Source of the DNA: Oculatellaceae cyanobacterium bins.114
Lineage (GTDB): Bacteria; Cyanobacteriota; Cyanobacteriia; Elainellales; Elainellaceae
Length of the DNA: 64,000 nucleotides
Assembly (NCBI GenBank): GCA_033764315.1
Contig: JANRJA010000028.1
Location: 1 to 64,000 of the forward strand
Direction: 5' to 3'
Below the pieces are notes generated by a model. It ran no database searches. It worked only from the letters and a program-made list of their open reading frames with translations, and had not been told where the DNA came from. This document shows positions 48,128-58,428 of this stretch, piece by piece. The position numbers were made by a program, and so were the translations under genes. The stretch's first letter is position 1. Each line of letters begins with the position of its first letter.

Positions 48128-49912
48128 ATGACAGAAGCAACTCAACTTCGCCCAACCTCTCAATCGCTCACCCAGATTGAACTGCACTATCACGTGTCGA
48201 TGCCGCAACCGGAATCGCACTTATTTGAGGTGACGTTGCAGGTGAAGGGCTGGGCAGCGGCTGTGTTGAATTTGAAGATGCCCGTATGGACTCCAGGCTC
48301 CTATTTAGTTCGGGAATATGCCCGCCATCTCCAGGATTTTCAAGCGCAGGGAGCACAACCCCTGACTTGGCAAAAAGTGAGCAAAAATCATTGGCGAGTA
48401 GAAACGCCTGGGGTTGCTGATATAACGGTTCGCTATCGCCTTTTTGCGAATGAGTTGACGGTTAGGACAAACCATCTTGACTCTACTCATGGGTACTTTA
48501 ACCCAGCAGCTCTGTGTTTTTATGTTCCTGGGTTTGAACAAAATCCAATTCGCCTTACGGTTGTGCCACCTCAAGCTGACTGGCGGGTGACAACTCCGCT
48601 AGAGGCGATCGCCGGACAGCCCAACACCTTTGAAGCTCCTGACTTTGACACGTTAGTAGACAGTCCCTTTGAGATTGGTCACCATCAACTGTATGAGTTT
48701 GAAGCATTTCAAAAACCCCATACTCTAGCCGTTTGGGGACAGGGCAATTTAGAACCTGATCGTGTGATTGCTGACACCCGTAAGATTATTGAGGTTGAGG
48801 CAGAGTTGTTTGGAGGGTTGCCCTACGATCGCTACCTGTTTTTGTTGCATCTCTCTTCGCAAGGGTTTGGTGGATTGGAGCACAAAACTTCCTGCACGCT
48901 CAACTACTCTCGCTTTGGCTTTCGCAGTCAAGATAAATACAACCGCTTCATGCAGTTAGTCGCCCATGAATTTTTTCACCTGTGGAATGTCAAACGTATT
49001 CGTCCTAAAGCTCTAGAAGTCTTTGATTATGATGGCGAAAATTACACGCCATCCCTATGGTTTAGCGAAGGCACGACGAGCTACTACGATTTGACAATTC
49101 CCTTTCGGGCTGGCATCTACAACGCTCAAGCGTTTTTACGGGCACTTAGCAAAGAAATCACTCGGTTTCTCACTACGCCTGGGCGGTTGGTGCAACCGTT
49201 GAGTGAGTCTAGCTTTGACGCCTGGATCAAGCTCTATCGCCGTGATGCCTATAGCGACAACTCGCAGATGTCTTATTACCTCAAAGGTGAAATGGTATCG
49301 CTGTTGTTAGATCTGTTGATTCGAGAGCGGCACGGCAATGAGCGATCGCTGGATGATGTCATGCGGCGGATGTGGCATCAGTTTGGTCAAGTTGAAATTG
49401 GGTTCACCGTCGAAGACCTGCAATCGGTGATTGAATCTGTGTCTGATATGTCTCTAAGTCATTTCTTTCATCGCTATCTCAACACCACTGAAGAAATACC
49501 CTTTAACAAATACTTAGAGCCGTTTGGCTTGCAACTGACGGGTGACAATGCTGATGATTATCCTCCTTTTGTGGGTATGGTGGTCAAAACTGAGAATGGA
49601 CGAGAATCAATTAAGTTTGTTGAGGTCGGGTCTCCTGCTCATCAGGCAGGCATTGACATTGGAGATGAACTGTTGGCACTCGATGGAGTGAGAGTCTCGG
49701 CAGATCAGTGGAGCGATCGCCTCTGTGATTACAACCCTGGTGACACGATCCAACTGACGATTTTTCATCAAGACGAATTGAAAACTTATTCAGTCACTCT
49801 GGCAGAACCTCGTTCTACCAATTACCAAATTGTCCCTGTCGATCGCCCTTCAGCGACGCAAGACCAAAATTTTGCCGGATGGTTAGGGTGTTCTCTTGCA
49901 GCCTTGCGCTAG
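48128..49912 (+). CDS. M61-family metallopeptidase with PDZ domain
   Basis: MPVWTPGSY, GGLEH, HEFFHLWN, WFSEGTTSYY, SYYLKG; PDZ GSPAHQAGIDIGDEL. Confidence 0.93.
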   Translation: MTEATQLRPTSQSLTQIELHYHVSMPQPESHLFEVTLQVKGWAAAVLNLKMPVWTPGSYLVREYARHLQDFQAQGAQPLTWQKVSKNHWRVETPGVADITVRYRLFANELTVRTNHLDSTHGYFNPAALCFYVPGFEQNPIRLTVVPPQADWRVTTPLEAIAGQPNTFEAPDFDTLVDSPFEIGHHQLYEFEAFQKPHTLAVWGQGNLEPDRVIADTRKIIEVEAELFGGLPYDRYLFLLHLSSQGFGGLEHKTSCTLNYSRFGFRSQDKYNRFMQLVAHEFFHLWNVKRIRPKALEVFDYDGENYTPSLWFSEGTTSYYDLTIPFRAGIYNAQAFLRALSKEITRFLTTPGRLVQPLSESSFDAWIKLYRRDAYSDNSQMSYYLKGEMVSLLLDLLIRERHGNERSLDDVMRRMWHQFGQVEIGFTVEDLQSVIESVSDMSLSHFFHRYLNTTEEIPFNKYLEPFGLQLTGDNADDYPPFVGMVVKTENGRESIKFVEVGSPAHQAGIDIGDELLALDGVRVSADQWSDRLCDYNPGDTIQLTIFHQDELKTYSVTLAEPRSTNYQIVPVDRPSATQDQNFAGWLGCSLAALR

Positions 49913-49932
49913 GCAGTCCATGTGGGGAAGCG

Positions 49933-50667
49933 TTAGGGGGTGAATTGCAGTTCAGCTAAGCCCAAATACCGGGCTCCTTCCTGGCTTTGCTCAAATCGAC
50001 ATGCCAACACCTCTACACCGAGGGCGATCGCCTCTCGCAACAACTGACCATACAGCGGATCAGCCTTATCTCCGGGGGCAAAGTGCGTGCAATCACCACG
50101 ATTGACAAAATACAACATCACAGCTCTGGCGTTAGGGATGAGATCCGCCAGTTCTCGCAAGTGTTTTTGACCACGAGTTGTAACGGTGTCAGGAAATAGG
50201 GCCAAATACCCTTGAGACCAGGTGGTGTTTTTGACCTCAATATAAATGGGTTGACTACCATCCTCATGGGTTAACAAGAAATCAATTCGGCTCTTTTTGT
50301 CTTGTCCGTAGGGAACCTCCGTCCGAATCTCGCTGTAGTTGCCCAATTGAGGAAAGAGATGGTCGGCTAGAGCGGCCTTGATAACTCGATTGGGCAGGGC
50401 GGTGTTAGTGCCCACCCAAACTGGTCGTTCGTCTGTCACTTCAATCAATTCCCAGGTATAGGCCAGCGATCGCTTAGGGCTTGGGTTGTGAGACACCAAC
50501 ACTCGATTGCCAGGGATGTTAACCCCCGTCATTGGACCCGTGTTGGGACAGTGGGCTGTGACAATTGACCCATCCTCTAAGCAAATGTCTGCAAAAAATC
50601 GTTTGTAACGTTTGATCAGAGTTCCAAAATAAAGCGTGGGATAGGGATAAATCCAGTCAGGTGCCAT
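49933..50667 (-). CDS. sfsA: DNA/RNA nuclease SfsA
   Basis: RYKRFFAD, AHCPNTGPM, SRIDF, IEVKN, FPDTVTTRGQKHL. Confidence 0.95.
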   Translation of the reverse strand: MAPDWIYPYPTLYFGTLIKRYKRFFADICLEDGSIVTAHCPNTGPMTGVNIPGNRVLVSHNPSPKRSLAYTWELIEVTDERPVWVGTNTALPNRVIKAALADHLFPQLGNYSEIRTEVPYGQDKKSRIDFLLTHEDGSQPIYIEVKNTTWSQGYLALFPDTVTTRGQKHLRELADLIPNARAVMLYFVNRGDCTHFAPGDKADPLYGQLLREAIALGVEVLACRFEQSQEGARYLGLAELQFTP

Positions 50668-50691
50668 GACAGAGAAGAAACGACCAATCCG

Positions 50692-51933
50692 CTACAGATT
50701 ATAGGGAATTGGACTTTTTCGCAATCGAATCATGTTGAGAAACGTTCTCCAATTAAGAGATTTTTGAAGCATTCGTTCTTTTAAAGTTTTGGCAGCTTCT
50801 GCAAACCCTCCATCTGCTCCATCAATAAAATGCACTTGACGACCACCCCGCTCAAATACCAAACAGGTCATTAACAATCGATCAGAAATATGGAATCCAT
50901 ACACCAAATTTCCTTTGGAATATTCTTCATCTAAATAATGGAGTAAGTTTGTGCGTTGTGACACATTGCCTGAGATTACCAGTCGCAACATATCGTCGAA
51001 TTTTTGATGGTCAGTAGAATTCACCACTATTCTTTTATAAAGCCCCCAATTCATACCATCCAACACTAGTTTGAAAGCCATGAATAGAGAACCTAACACA
51101 TTTACTAACTTGATTTGTAATAGATAAATTTGTTTGGCTAATTGTTTTTTTGAAGCGGCACGAAGTTTTGTTTCTGCCATTAATTGCTTAGACTGAAACG
51201 TTAGATGAAGATGGTTTGGAGTGACCGGATGAAAGTTTTGATTGGAACCATAGATTTGTTCAATCTCATGTAAAACATTTCGATAAACTTGATAGTTTTT
51301 TTCATGGCTATGAGCGATCGCCAATACCTGTAAAGTCAACACTTCTTCATGACGGCTAGGAATATCTTGCCAACGACATTCTAACCCTGAAAAATCGGCC
51401 TCAAGTAGTTTTCTGCGTCGTCTGAGTTGATAAATATCAGGAATGCTGTATTCTTTAATGAATTCAGTAGCGTAGGCAATACCGCCACCTGTAATCAAGA
51501 CCTGGCTATAGTTTTCTGAAACTTGAAGCTTAGCAATCTTGACTTCAAACCCTGCCGCAATGACAGCCGATACGGGCAAAATGCCGACTCGTAGATAGAG
51601 ATCAAATTGAGATCGAGCAACTCGTTGAACTGCCACTAAAACTTCTTTAACTTTAGCTAATAAAGACGATGGAATTAACAGTTCAGCCCCATCTCCACCA
51701 AACACAAAGGGAACTTCTACTTCACCTGCAATGTTTAAGATAGCCGCGATAGAAGAAGCTCCTAAAAGATTGACTTCTTTGTATTTTCCAGAGGCGATCG
51801 CTTGTGTTGAATTGGTGATGTCGGTTATGATGATGTACCAATCATTGGGAACCGCAACAAAATTATCTGGTTCAATTGCACCTACCAGATTTTGAACGTG
51901 GGGCAAATTGGCATAAAAATCATCATTCAGCAT
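50692..51933 (-). CDS. DUF3095-family protein (cyclase-like fold)
   Basis: DFYANLP, ITDITNST, FVFGGDGA, GLECRW, KFDDMLR, HFIDGADGG. Confidence 0.85.
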   Translation of the reverse strand: MLNDDFYANLPHVQNLVGAIEPDNFVAVPNDWYIIITDITNSTQAIASGKYKEVNLLGASSIAAILNIAGEVEVPFVFGGDGAELLIPSSLLAKVKEVLVAVQRVARSQFDLYLRVGILPVSAVIAAGFEVKIAKLQVSENYSQVLITGGGIAYATEFIKEYSIPDIYQLRRRRKLLEADFSGLECRWQDIPSRHEEVLTLQVLAIAHSHEKNYQVYRNVLHEIEQIYGSNQNFHPVTPNHLHLTFQSKQLMAETKLRAASKKQLAKQIYLLQIKLVNVLGSLFMAFKLVLDGMNWGLYKRIVVNSTDHQKFDDMLRLVISGNVSQRTNLLHYLDEEYSKGNLVYGFHISDRLLMTCLVFERGGRQVHFIDGADGGFAEAAKTLKERMLQKSLNWRTFLNMIRLRKSPIPYNL

Positions 51934-52171
51934 GAGTGAGAATGTGCATTAGACACATCTACAACACAGCAAGTTTCTGACAAAACGCTACATATTTTAA
52001 TTAGAATCTTTAAGTAGAATAGTCTGCACCACAGTTCTATAACTTAACGAGGCTCCCGATGCTTTGTGGGTGATACACCTGAGTAATAGTAATAGACCGT
52101 TCTTACCTGTTCAACGAATTACCGGGAACTATCTCTATTGTAGAAGGAATTTGCAAGTTAAGTTTTTAGTA

Positions 52172-52240
52172 TATAGCAATCCCAAATGGGGTGTGCCTCT
52201 CACAACCCGCTCATCTCACAACTGATTTAGGATAGCTATA
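52172..52240. repeat. Short IR-bounded element TATAGCAATCCCAAAT…ATTTAGGATAGCTATA
   Basis: 16-bp terminal inverted repeats with 2 mismatches. Confidence 0.7.
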
Positions 52241-52326
52241 GACGTTGATCCCGACAGTTGGGCGGTTTGCAAAATGTCCTGACAAAATTTGTACAGTCGA
52301 TCAGCAACGTCAAATCATAAAGGGTT

Positions 52327-52375
52327 ATACCAATTCAATATGAAGCTGCACTAAACAAGGGGCTTAAGCTCCTTG
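52327..52375. repeat. 22-bp repeat ATACCAATTCAATATGAAGCTG plus AAGGGGCTTAAG-type palindrome
   Basis: The 22-mer is identical to 42402-42423; the palindrome is related to 23185-23206. Confidence 0.7.
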
Positions 52376-53059
52376 CCTGTAACCCATCCATATAAAGACC
52401 GTTGTAGGTTGAGCTTTCTGGCGACTGTGTGCAGCGGAGATAGAGAACGCTCAATTGATGCAAAACTTGGCTTCATGTTGCCAAAAGGCTTTTGTCAAAA
52501 ACTGCTGAGTGCTGCCCACGTTTGTCCCTCCTGCTATCCCTTACCCCCAAAGCTTTACATAATCTTGATACCTGCTCAGTTTGTTTTTATCGTCTCCAGG
52601 GAAATCTAAAATAAGCAGCTGTTTTGCACGGTAGCGGCTAATCGACTGAATCCCTTTTCGATCCTTGTTCCCCAACCCTGTTTCAAGATGGGTGAGGGGG
52701 TTGGTTCCATCGTCAAGGTTGAACTTGTGCAGGATGCCTCTCTATCCCCCAAACTAGTGGCTCTGCGCTGTCAACCTCTCCCAAATTTTGGGTAGTAGAG
52801 ACTGAGTGCTGTATCACCAGATTGAGGCTAGATCAGGATGGAAGAGAGACTGGATTTCTGGGCTAGGGTCTGGATTTTTTACGGAAACAATAGCCTGAGA
52901 CAAAGGCGATCGCGCCCTCTAGAAATCAGTCGAGTGGAATTGGGACTGAGATAGCTCAGGTGAACCTGCCAAACTGACGATGATGGTTAGTTTTCCCCAA
53001 CTATCTGGCTTTCAGAACCTTGCAAACAGCTTCAATTACCCTTCTTATTAGAGGACTTA

Positions 53060-53431
53060 ATGATGGTACTTCGGAAGCATCAACGGACTGGTTTGGTGAT
53101 TGCAGGTGTGATGTCGGCGATCGCGTTTACGGCCACTGCTGCACTTGCTCAAAGCCGAGAACTCTGGATGTACAATGGCGACTCAACGACCGTTGAGGGC
53201 TATTTCAATGCGGGCGAAAGCATCTATGCCACCTGTGATTCTGATTGCACCGATCTAGACATTACGCTCTATGACTCTCGTGGTAACGTTGTGGCACAAG
53301 ATCTATTGCCTGACGCAAACCCCATTGTCGTTGCTCCTAGCGCAGGCAATTATCAGGTTTTGGTTTCAATGCCCAGTTGCACCACAGACGCTGGGTGTGC
53401 AGTATGGGTAGACTCAGACCAAGGTTTCTAA
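53060..53431 (+). CDS. Small secreted PPC-like domain protein
   Basis: Signal peptide ending ALA-Q; CDSDCTDLDITLYD…G…D motif; four Cys. Confidence 0.8.
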   Translation: MMVLRKHQRTGLVIAGVMSAIAFTATAALAQSRELWMYNGDSTTVEGYFNAGESIYATCDSDCTDLDITLYDSRGNVVAQDLLPDANPIVVAPSAGNYQVLVSMPSCTTDAGCAVWVDSDQGF

Positions 53432-53450
53432 TCCGTCGTCTCTCTCTCTT

Positions 53451-53498
53451 TTAAAGCCATGGCTGTTCTCTGATCTTAGGGGACAGCCGTGGCTTTAA
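53451..53498. terminator. Long intergenic hairpin (terminator or mRNA stabiliser)
   Basis: TTAAAGCCATGGCTGTTCTCT…AGGGGACAGCCGTGGCTTTAA; about 20-bp stem with G-U pairs. Confidence 0.55.
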
Positions 53499-53530
53499 GA
53501 TTGGGTCGTTAAACCGTACGATGACACAGC

Positions 53531-54076
53531 ATGTATAAATTTGCGGCTGCTTCAGCTAATGAACTCTTTGTGTTTGGTGCGGCTCGACCTGGCTGCACTG
53601 ATCCCCAAGTCCATGCATGGGTCGAGTTCATGCAAAATCAAGGAATTCAGCGGGTTTGCTGTTTACTGTCTGAAACTCAGTTAACTCGCTATTCAGATTT
53701 GCTGGGCGTTTATCAGCAGGCTTTTGGACTCGAACAGGTTTGTTGGGCACCGATTGAGGATTTTAATCTCGTTACCCCGGAAATGCTGATTCATCAGATT
53801 TTGCCTTTTTTGAGCACTGCTAATCAACGGCGTGAGCCAGTAGTCGTTCATTGCTCTGGTGGAGTTGGGCGCACAGGTCATGTTTTGGCTGCTTGGCTCG
53901 TCGCAGAACACGGTTTTTCTAATCAGTTGGCGATCGCGGCTGTGAAACAAACAGGTCGAAATCCCTGCGAAGCCGTTATTGCTGCCCCACTGTGTGGTCG
54001 CAATCCTTGGGTAGTGGCGGCGAAATTGAACATGCTCCTGGATGACTGTCAGCGTTTCAGAAACGGCTTGGTTTAG
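53531..54076 (+). CDS. Dual-specificity / tyrosine protein phosphatase
   Basis: VVVHCSGGVGRTG (CX5R); PIEDF acid loop. Confidence 0.92.
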   Translation: MYKFAAASANELFVFGAARPGCTDPQVHAWVEFMQNQGIQRVCCLLSETQLTRYSDLLGVYQQAFGLEQVCWAPIEDFNLVTPEMLIHQILPFLSTANQRREPVVVHCSGGVGRTGHVLAAWLVAEHGFSNQLAIAAVKQTGRNPCEAVIAAPLCGRNPWVVAAKLNMLLDDCQRFRNGLV

Positions 54077-54205
54077 CGGCGGGTTAAACTCCCCTTGGTT
54101 CAAGCCATGTTTGTTGTTATTTTTGCGCTTGAAACTGGGGCGATCGCGGTTTTATCTACAACTTCGCTTTAAAATTTGGCAAGGAATGCGCAATAGGAAT
54201 CTGGC

Positions 54206-55183
54206 ATGGTAGACATCAAAGATGGATTTGTCGGCAGTGTCGGCAACACACCTCTGATCCGGTTGAATAGCTTTAGTGATGAGACAGGCTGCGAAATCTT
54301 AGGAAAGGCAGAATTTCTGAATCCGGGGGGGTCGGTCAAAGATCGGGCGGCTCTTTATATCATTCAAGATGCCGAAGAAAAGGGAGTGCTCAAACCGGGT
54401 GGCACAGTGGTTGAAGGCACCGCAGGCAATACAGGGATTGGCTTGGCACATATCTGTAATGCCAAAGGCTATAAGTGCCTGATTATCATTCCCGATACTC
54501 AATCTCAGGAAAAGATGGATTTGCTTCGCACCTTAGGAGCCGAGGTTCGCCCTGTGCCCGCTGTGCCTTATCGTGACCCCAACAACTACGTCAAACTGTC
54601 GGGCAGAATTGCCGAAGAAATGGAGAATGCGATTTGGGCAAACCAGTTTGATAACCTGGCTAATCGGCGATCGCACTACGAAACCACAGGCCCCGAAATA
54701 TGGGAGCAAACCGGAGGCAAGATTGATGCCTGGGTGGCAGCAACAGGCACGGGTGGCACCTATGCTGGAGTTACTCTTTTCTTAAAAGAGAAGAACCCCG
54801 ATATTAAATGTGTTTTGGCAGACCCGATGGGCAGTGGACTCTATAGCTTTGCCAAAACAGGAACCATCACCATTGAAGGCAGTTCCATCACCGAGGGCAT
54901 TGGCAATAGTCGTGTTACCGCCAATATGGAAGGAGTGCCAATTGACGAGGCGTTGCAGGTAGACGATCCTACGGCTATTCGGGTGATCTATCAATTACTC
55001 GAAAAAGAGGGGCTGTTTATGGGCGGCTCTGTGGGGATTAACGTTGGGGCAGCGGTTGCCCTAGCCAAACAACTGGGTCCCGGACACACGATCGTCACAG
55101 TCTTGTGTGATGGAGGAACGCGCTATCAATCTCGCTTGTTTAATCGCGAGTGGTTGGCCGCAAAAGGATTGTTACCTGCATAA
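54206..55183 (+). CDS. cysK: Cysteine synthase A family (PLP-dependent)
   Basis: GNTPLI, KAEFLNPGGSVKDR, EGTAGNTG, GTGGT, VLCDGGTRY. Confidence 0.92.
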   Translation: MVDIKDGFVGSVGNTPLIRLNSFSDETGCEILGKAEFLNPGGSVKDRAALYIIQDAEEKGVLKPGGTVVEGTAGNTGIGLAHICNAKGYKCLIIIPDTQSQEKMDLLRTLGAEVRPVPAVPYRDPNNYVKLSGRIAEEMENAIWANQFDNLANRRSHYETTGPEIWEQTGGKIDAWVAATGTGGTYAGVTLFLKEKNPDIKCVLADPMGSGLYSFAKTGTITIEGSSITEGIGNSRVTANMEGVPIDEALQVDDPTAIRVIYQLLEKEGLFMGGSVGINVGAAVALAKQLGPGHTIVTVLCDGGTRYQSRLFNREWLAAKGLLPA

Positions 55184-55227
55184 AGGGCTGTTATTCACGG
55201 CTGTTCTTACATAAAGGGCGATCGCAC

Positions 55228-56190
55228 ATGGGCTTGAGTTATGCCATTTTAGGGGGTGGGGCACTGGGTGGTTTCTATGGAGCACGACTACAACAGGCAG
55301 GAGCAGAGGTACACTTTTTGCTCCGCAGTGATTATGAGCATGTCCGGCAGTTTGGCTTAGTGATTGATTCCCCTGAGGGTGACTTTACATTGCCCCAGGT
55401 CAACGCCTACCGCACCGTTGAAGATATGCCCCGCTGTGATGTGGTGGCGATCGCTCTAAAAACCACTCAAAATCACCTGCTACCCAAACTTCTTCCTCCA
55501 GTTCTCAAAGACGATGGGGTGGTGTTGGTGCTGCAAAATGGGTTGGGAGTTGAGGCCAATGTAGCCGCTATTGTGGGGGGCGATCGCGTCATTGGTGGGC
55601 TGTGTTTCCTCTGCTCTAACAAGATTGCACCGGGACACATTCACCATTTGGATTACAAAAAGATTGACATGGGCGAATATTCTGCTGACTACGCCCCCGT
55701 TGGCATCACTCACCGCATGCAGGCGATCGCCCAAGACTTTGAACGGGCTGAAATTCCCATTGAGCTTGCCGAGGATCTGTTTCTGGCACGGTGGAAAAAG
55801 TTGGTGTGGAACATTCCCTTTAACGGGTTGTCGGTGGTGCTAAATGCAACGACTCACGAAATGATGGCGGATGACCACACGCGATCGCTGGCAGAGCAAC
55901 TGATGCGAGAGGTGCTGGCTGGAGCCGCTGTCTGTATGCAAGCCACGACCTCAGGGGGCGATCGCTGCATTCCAGAGGAGTTCATCCACACGATGCTGGA
56001 TCACACTGCCAAAATGAAGCCCTATCGCACCAGCATGAAAATTGATTACGACGAGCACCGTCCGTTAGAGCTAGAAGCCATTTTTGGCAATCCCCTGCGA
56101 GCCGTGAAGCAAGCAGGGGCGTTTCTGCCGCAGATTACGACGCTCTATCAGCAACTTCAGTTTCTCGATGCTCGTAACCGCAAATTCTAA
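55228..56190 (+). CDS. 2-dehydropantoate 2-reductase (ApbA/PanE family)
   Basis: ILGGGALGG, LQNGLG, WKKLVWNIPFN, RTSMKID…LE; ATG at 55228. Confidence 0.88.
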   Translation: MGLSYAILGGGALGGFYGARLQQAGAEVHFLLRSDYEHVRQFGLVIDSPEGDFTLPQVNAYRTVEDMPRCDVVAIALKTTQNHLLPKLLPPVLKDDGVVLVLQNGLGVEANVAAIVGGDRVIGGLCFLCSNKIAPGHIHHLDYKKIDMGEYSADYAPVGITHRMQAIAQDFERAEIPIELAEDLFLARWKKLVWNIPFNGLSVVLNATTHEMMADDHTRSLAEQLMREVLAGAAVCMQATTSGGDRCIPEEFIHTMLDHTAKMKPYRTSMKIDYDEHRPLELEAIFGNPLRAVKQAGAFLPQITTLYQQLQFLDARNRKF

Positions 56191-56240
56191 AAGCAGAAGG
56201 GAAGGGGAAATGGAGCACAGGGGGTAGGGTGTATTTAGTG

Positions 56241-56373
56241 GTTGGGGGAGTGGCGGTTAAAACCGCGACTACCAGGACAAAACCTGCCTTCGCAGGTTTC
56301 AAACGCCCCAGTCCGCGAAGGCGGACTTTGTTCGGATAGACGCGAATTCATTCGCCGGGTTCAGTCCCCCAAC
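56241..56373. repeat. Multi-hairpin repeat copy C, closed by a GTTGGGGGA/TCCCCCAAC stem
   Basis: TGGCGGTTAAAACCGCGACTAC…AAAACCTGCCTTCGCAGGTTT…AGTCCGCGAAGGCGGACT…GCGAATTCATTCGC; lies between convergent genes. Confidence 0.8.
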
Positions 56374-56459
56374 CCACACATGCGCCCGCAGGGGTATGAA
56401 TATCAATTGAGCACAAAGAGCAAAAACACTGCATCGCTCATACCCCAGCAGAGGTTTTT

Positions 56460-56843
56460 TTAGGCCGCTGCTCGGAAGGCGTGGAATCCTATGCCATTTC
56501 CTTCGGTGTCTTGAATCATGGCAATAAAGCCGGGGTCGCCGATGTCGGTCTTGCCCATCAACAGTTTGCCCCCATTTGGTTCTACGCGGGTCAAGGCTTG
56601 CTCTAGGTTCTCAACTGTGCCGAGATTGAGATAGATCAACGTTCCTGTCATAGAAGGAGTGAGGCGATCGCTTTTGACAATGGCACCTCCAACGGTTGTT
56701 TGATCAGCGGGAAAGAAGGCTTGCGGTTCTCCCATAAAGTCTGCTTTTTGAATCTCGACCCCCAGTACGGTGCTGTAGAAGTCAACCGCGCGATCGAAGT
56801 CAACAGCAGGAATTTCAAACCAATTCACAGCATTCTGCATCAT
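56460..56843 (-). CDS. VOC / glyoxalase / bleomycin-resistance family protein
   Basis: VNWFEIPAVDFDRAVDFYSTVLG…GG…DTEGNGIGFH. Confidence 0.92.
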   Translation of the reverse strand: MMQNAVNWFEIPAVDFDRAVDFYSTVLGVEIQKADFMGEPQAFFPADQTTVGGAIVKSDRLTPSMTGTLIYLNLGTVENLEQALTRVEPNGGKLLMGKTDIGDPGFIAMIQDTEGNGIGFHAFRAAA

Positions 56844-56971
56844 GATTCCTCGTTAGTTACCAGGACTCTTAAAGTGTAGGAGAAGAAGGTGAATAGTACA
56901 ATAATACTAGGTTAAGAATCGATTTGTGCTGGATGCATTTGCTACAGTGAACGGTATCTGGTAGTTCCAGG

Positions 56972-57688
56972 ATGAAACTCATGGTCAGGCAACACCCCAA
57001 TCCTCGATCTAGTTCAGAGCAGGCTCATCTGCCCCCACTTCAAAGTGGCGATCGCCTTACCCGTCCTGAATTTGAACGGCGTTATGCAGCAGATTGCCAC
57101 ATTAAAAAAGCAGAACTCATCGAAGGTATCGTTTACGTGGCATCTCCCTTACGGTTTCAACAACATGCAGAGCCTCATAGCCGCATACATGGATGGCTTT
57201 GGACATACCAAACCGCAACACCAGGGCTACGTCTAGGTATTGAACCAACCGTTCGCCTGGATTTGGATAATGAACCTCAACCTGATATTGTGCTGATTTT
57301 GGATGAAGCAGTAGGAGGGCAGGCGAGGCTAACGGAAGATGGCTACCTGGAAGGTGTCCCTGAATTTGTGGTAGAAATTGCAGCCAGTAGTGCCGCCATC
57401 GATCGAGGCAGTAAAAAGCAAGCCTATCGCCGCAATGGCGTGTTGGAGTATGTCGTTTGGCAATCCTACGACAATCAACTGGAGTGGTTTTATCTCACGG
57501 ATGGCGAGTATCAGTTGCTCTCCCCGGATGCAGATGGCATTCTTCGCAGCCAAGTATTTCCAGGGTTGTGGTTGGCAGTTGAGGCGTTGTTAAGTAATCA
57601 AATGGCGAGGGTGTTGGCAGTACTGCAAGAGGGGTTGCAGTCACCAGAACATCGGGTTTTTGTAGAACAGTTGGAGTTGCGGAAGTAA
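56972..57688 (+). CDS. Uma2-family (DUF820) putative endonuclease
   Basis: LQSGDRLTRPEFERRY, KAELIEG, EPQPD, VVEIAASS, YRRNGVLEY. Confidence 0.93.
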   Translation: MKLMVRQHPNPRSSSEQAHLPPLQSGDRLTRPEFERRYAADCHIKKAELIEGIVYVASPLRFQQHAEPHSRIHGWLWTYQTATPGLRLGIEPTVRLDLDNEPQPDIVLILDEAVGGQARLTEDGYLEGVPEFVVEIAASSAAIDRGSKKQAYRRNGVLEYVVWQSYDNQLEWFYLTDGEYQLLSPDADGILRSQVFPGLWLAVEALLSNQMARVLAVLQEGLQSPEHRVFVEQLELRK

Positions 57689-57789
57689 GACGAGCAATGC
57701 AAAGCAATCTTCCCTTTAAGGCAAGTGCATCGCTTCCTTGCATTAGAACCAGTTTGATAGGATGAAATACACCCTTTGGGATTACCCCT

Positions 57790-58428
57790 ATGTCAATTGC
57801 CATCACCGAAGCTATTACCACACTTGCCGAGGCAGAACGACAATTCAATCTATCGCGTACTGAGGATGTAACGGTTTTCTCAGAGTGGCAAACTCCGTTT
57901 CCAGATCTCTTAACTCGCGAGCAAATGGCTCTCGATGAAGTGCGGCAACGATATCTCTATCAACGCTCGGTTGGGCAATTACTCGAAGGAACAGTAACGT
58001 TATTGCTGGCATCTCCACTGCTCACCATTGCAGGTTTTTATGATCCACCGTTTCGAGTCCGAGCTGAAGAATCGGTGCGGTTAACCCTTGATGATGGGGA
58101 AGAGGTGCTACAAGGACGAATTGATATTTTAGTACTCTTAAACCAGTTTTGGGTGGTGGTGTTGGAGTCCAAAAAAATAGCCCTTTCAGTCTGGACTGCA
58201 CTGCCTCAAACGCTAGCTTACCTAGTGGCAAATCCCCAACCAGAGCAACCCAGCTTTGGCATGATGATCAATGGGGATGAGATTTTATTTGTAAAACTCG
58301 TGCAGGGTTTGCAACGAACCTATGCTGTGTCGCGGGTGTTTGCCCCATTTACGTCCAGCCAAGAACTCTATAGCACATTGCAAATCTTGAAGCGGATTGC
58401 TCAGGTGATTGTAGCGACTACCCTATAG
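57790..58428 (+). CDS. Type I restriction enzyme R N-terminal-like (HSDR_N) standalone nuclease-fold protein
   Basis: LLEGTV…PLL…GF; GRIDILV…VVLESK…PQTLAY…NG..ILF pattern. Confidence 0.8.
   Translation: MSIAITEAITTLAEAERQFNLSRTEDVTVFSEWQTPFPDLLTREQMALDEVRQRYLYQRSVGQLLEGTVTLLLASPLLTIAGFYDPPFRVRAEESVRLTLDDGEEVLQGRIDILVLLNQFWVVVLESKKIALSVWTALPQTLAYLVANPQPEQPSFGMMINGDEILFVKLVQGLQRTYAVSRVFAPFTSSQELYSTLQILKRIAQVIVATTL

Noticed and set aside
52373-53059. Riboswitch or coding gene in the long spacer upstream of the PPC-like gene
   Set aside because: No recognisable riboswitch consensus by eye, only degenerate palindromic repeats; the 78-aa ORF starts inside a repeat. An Rfam scan is needed to exclude it fully.
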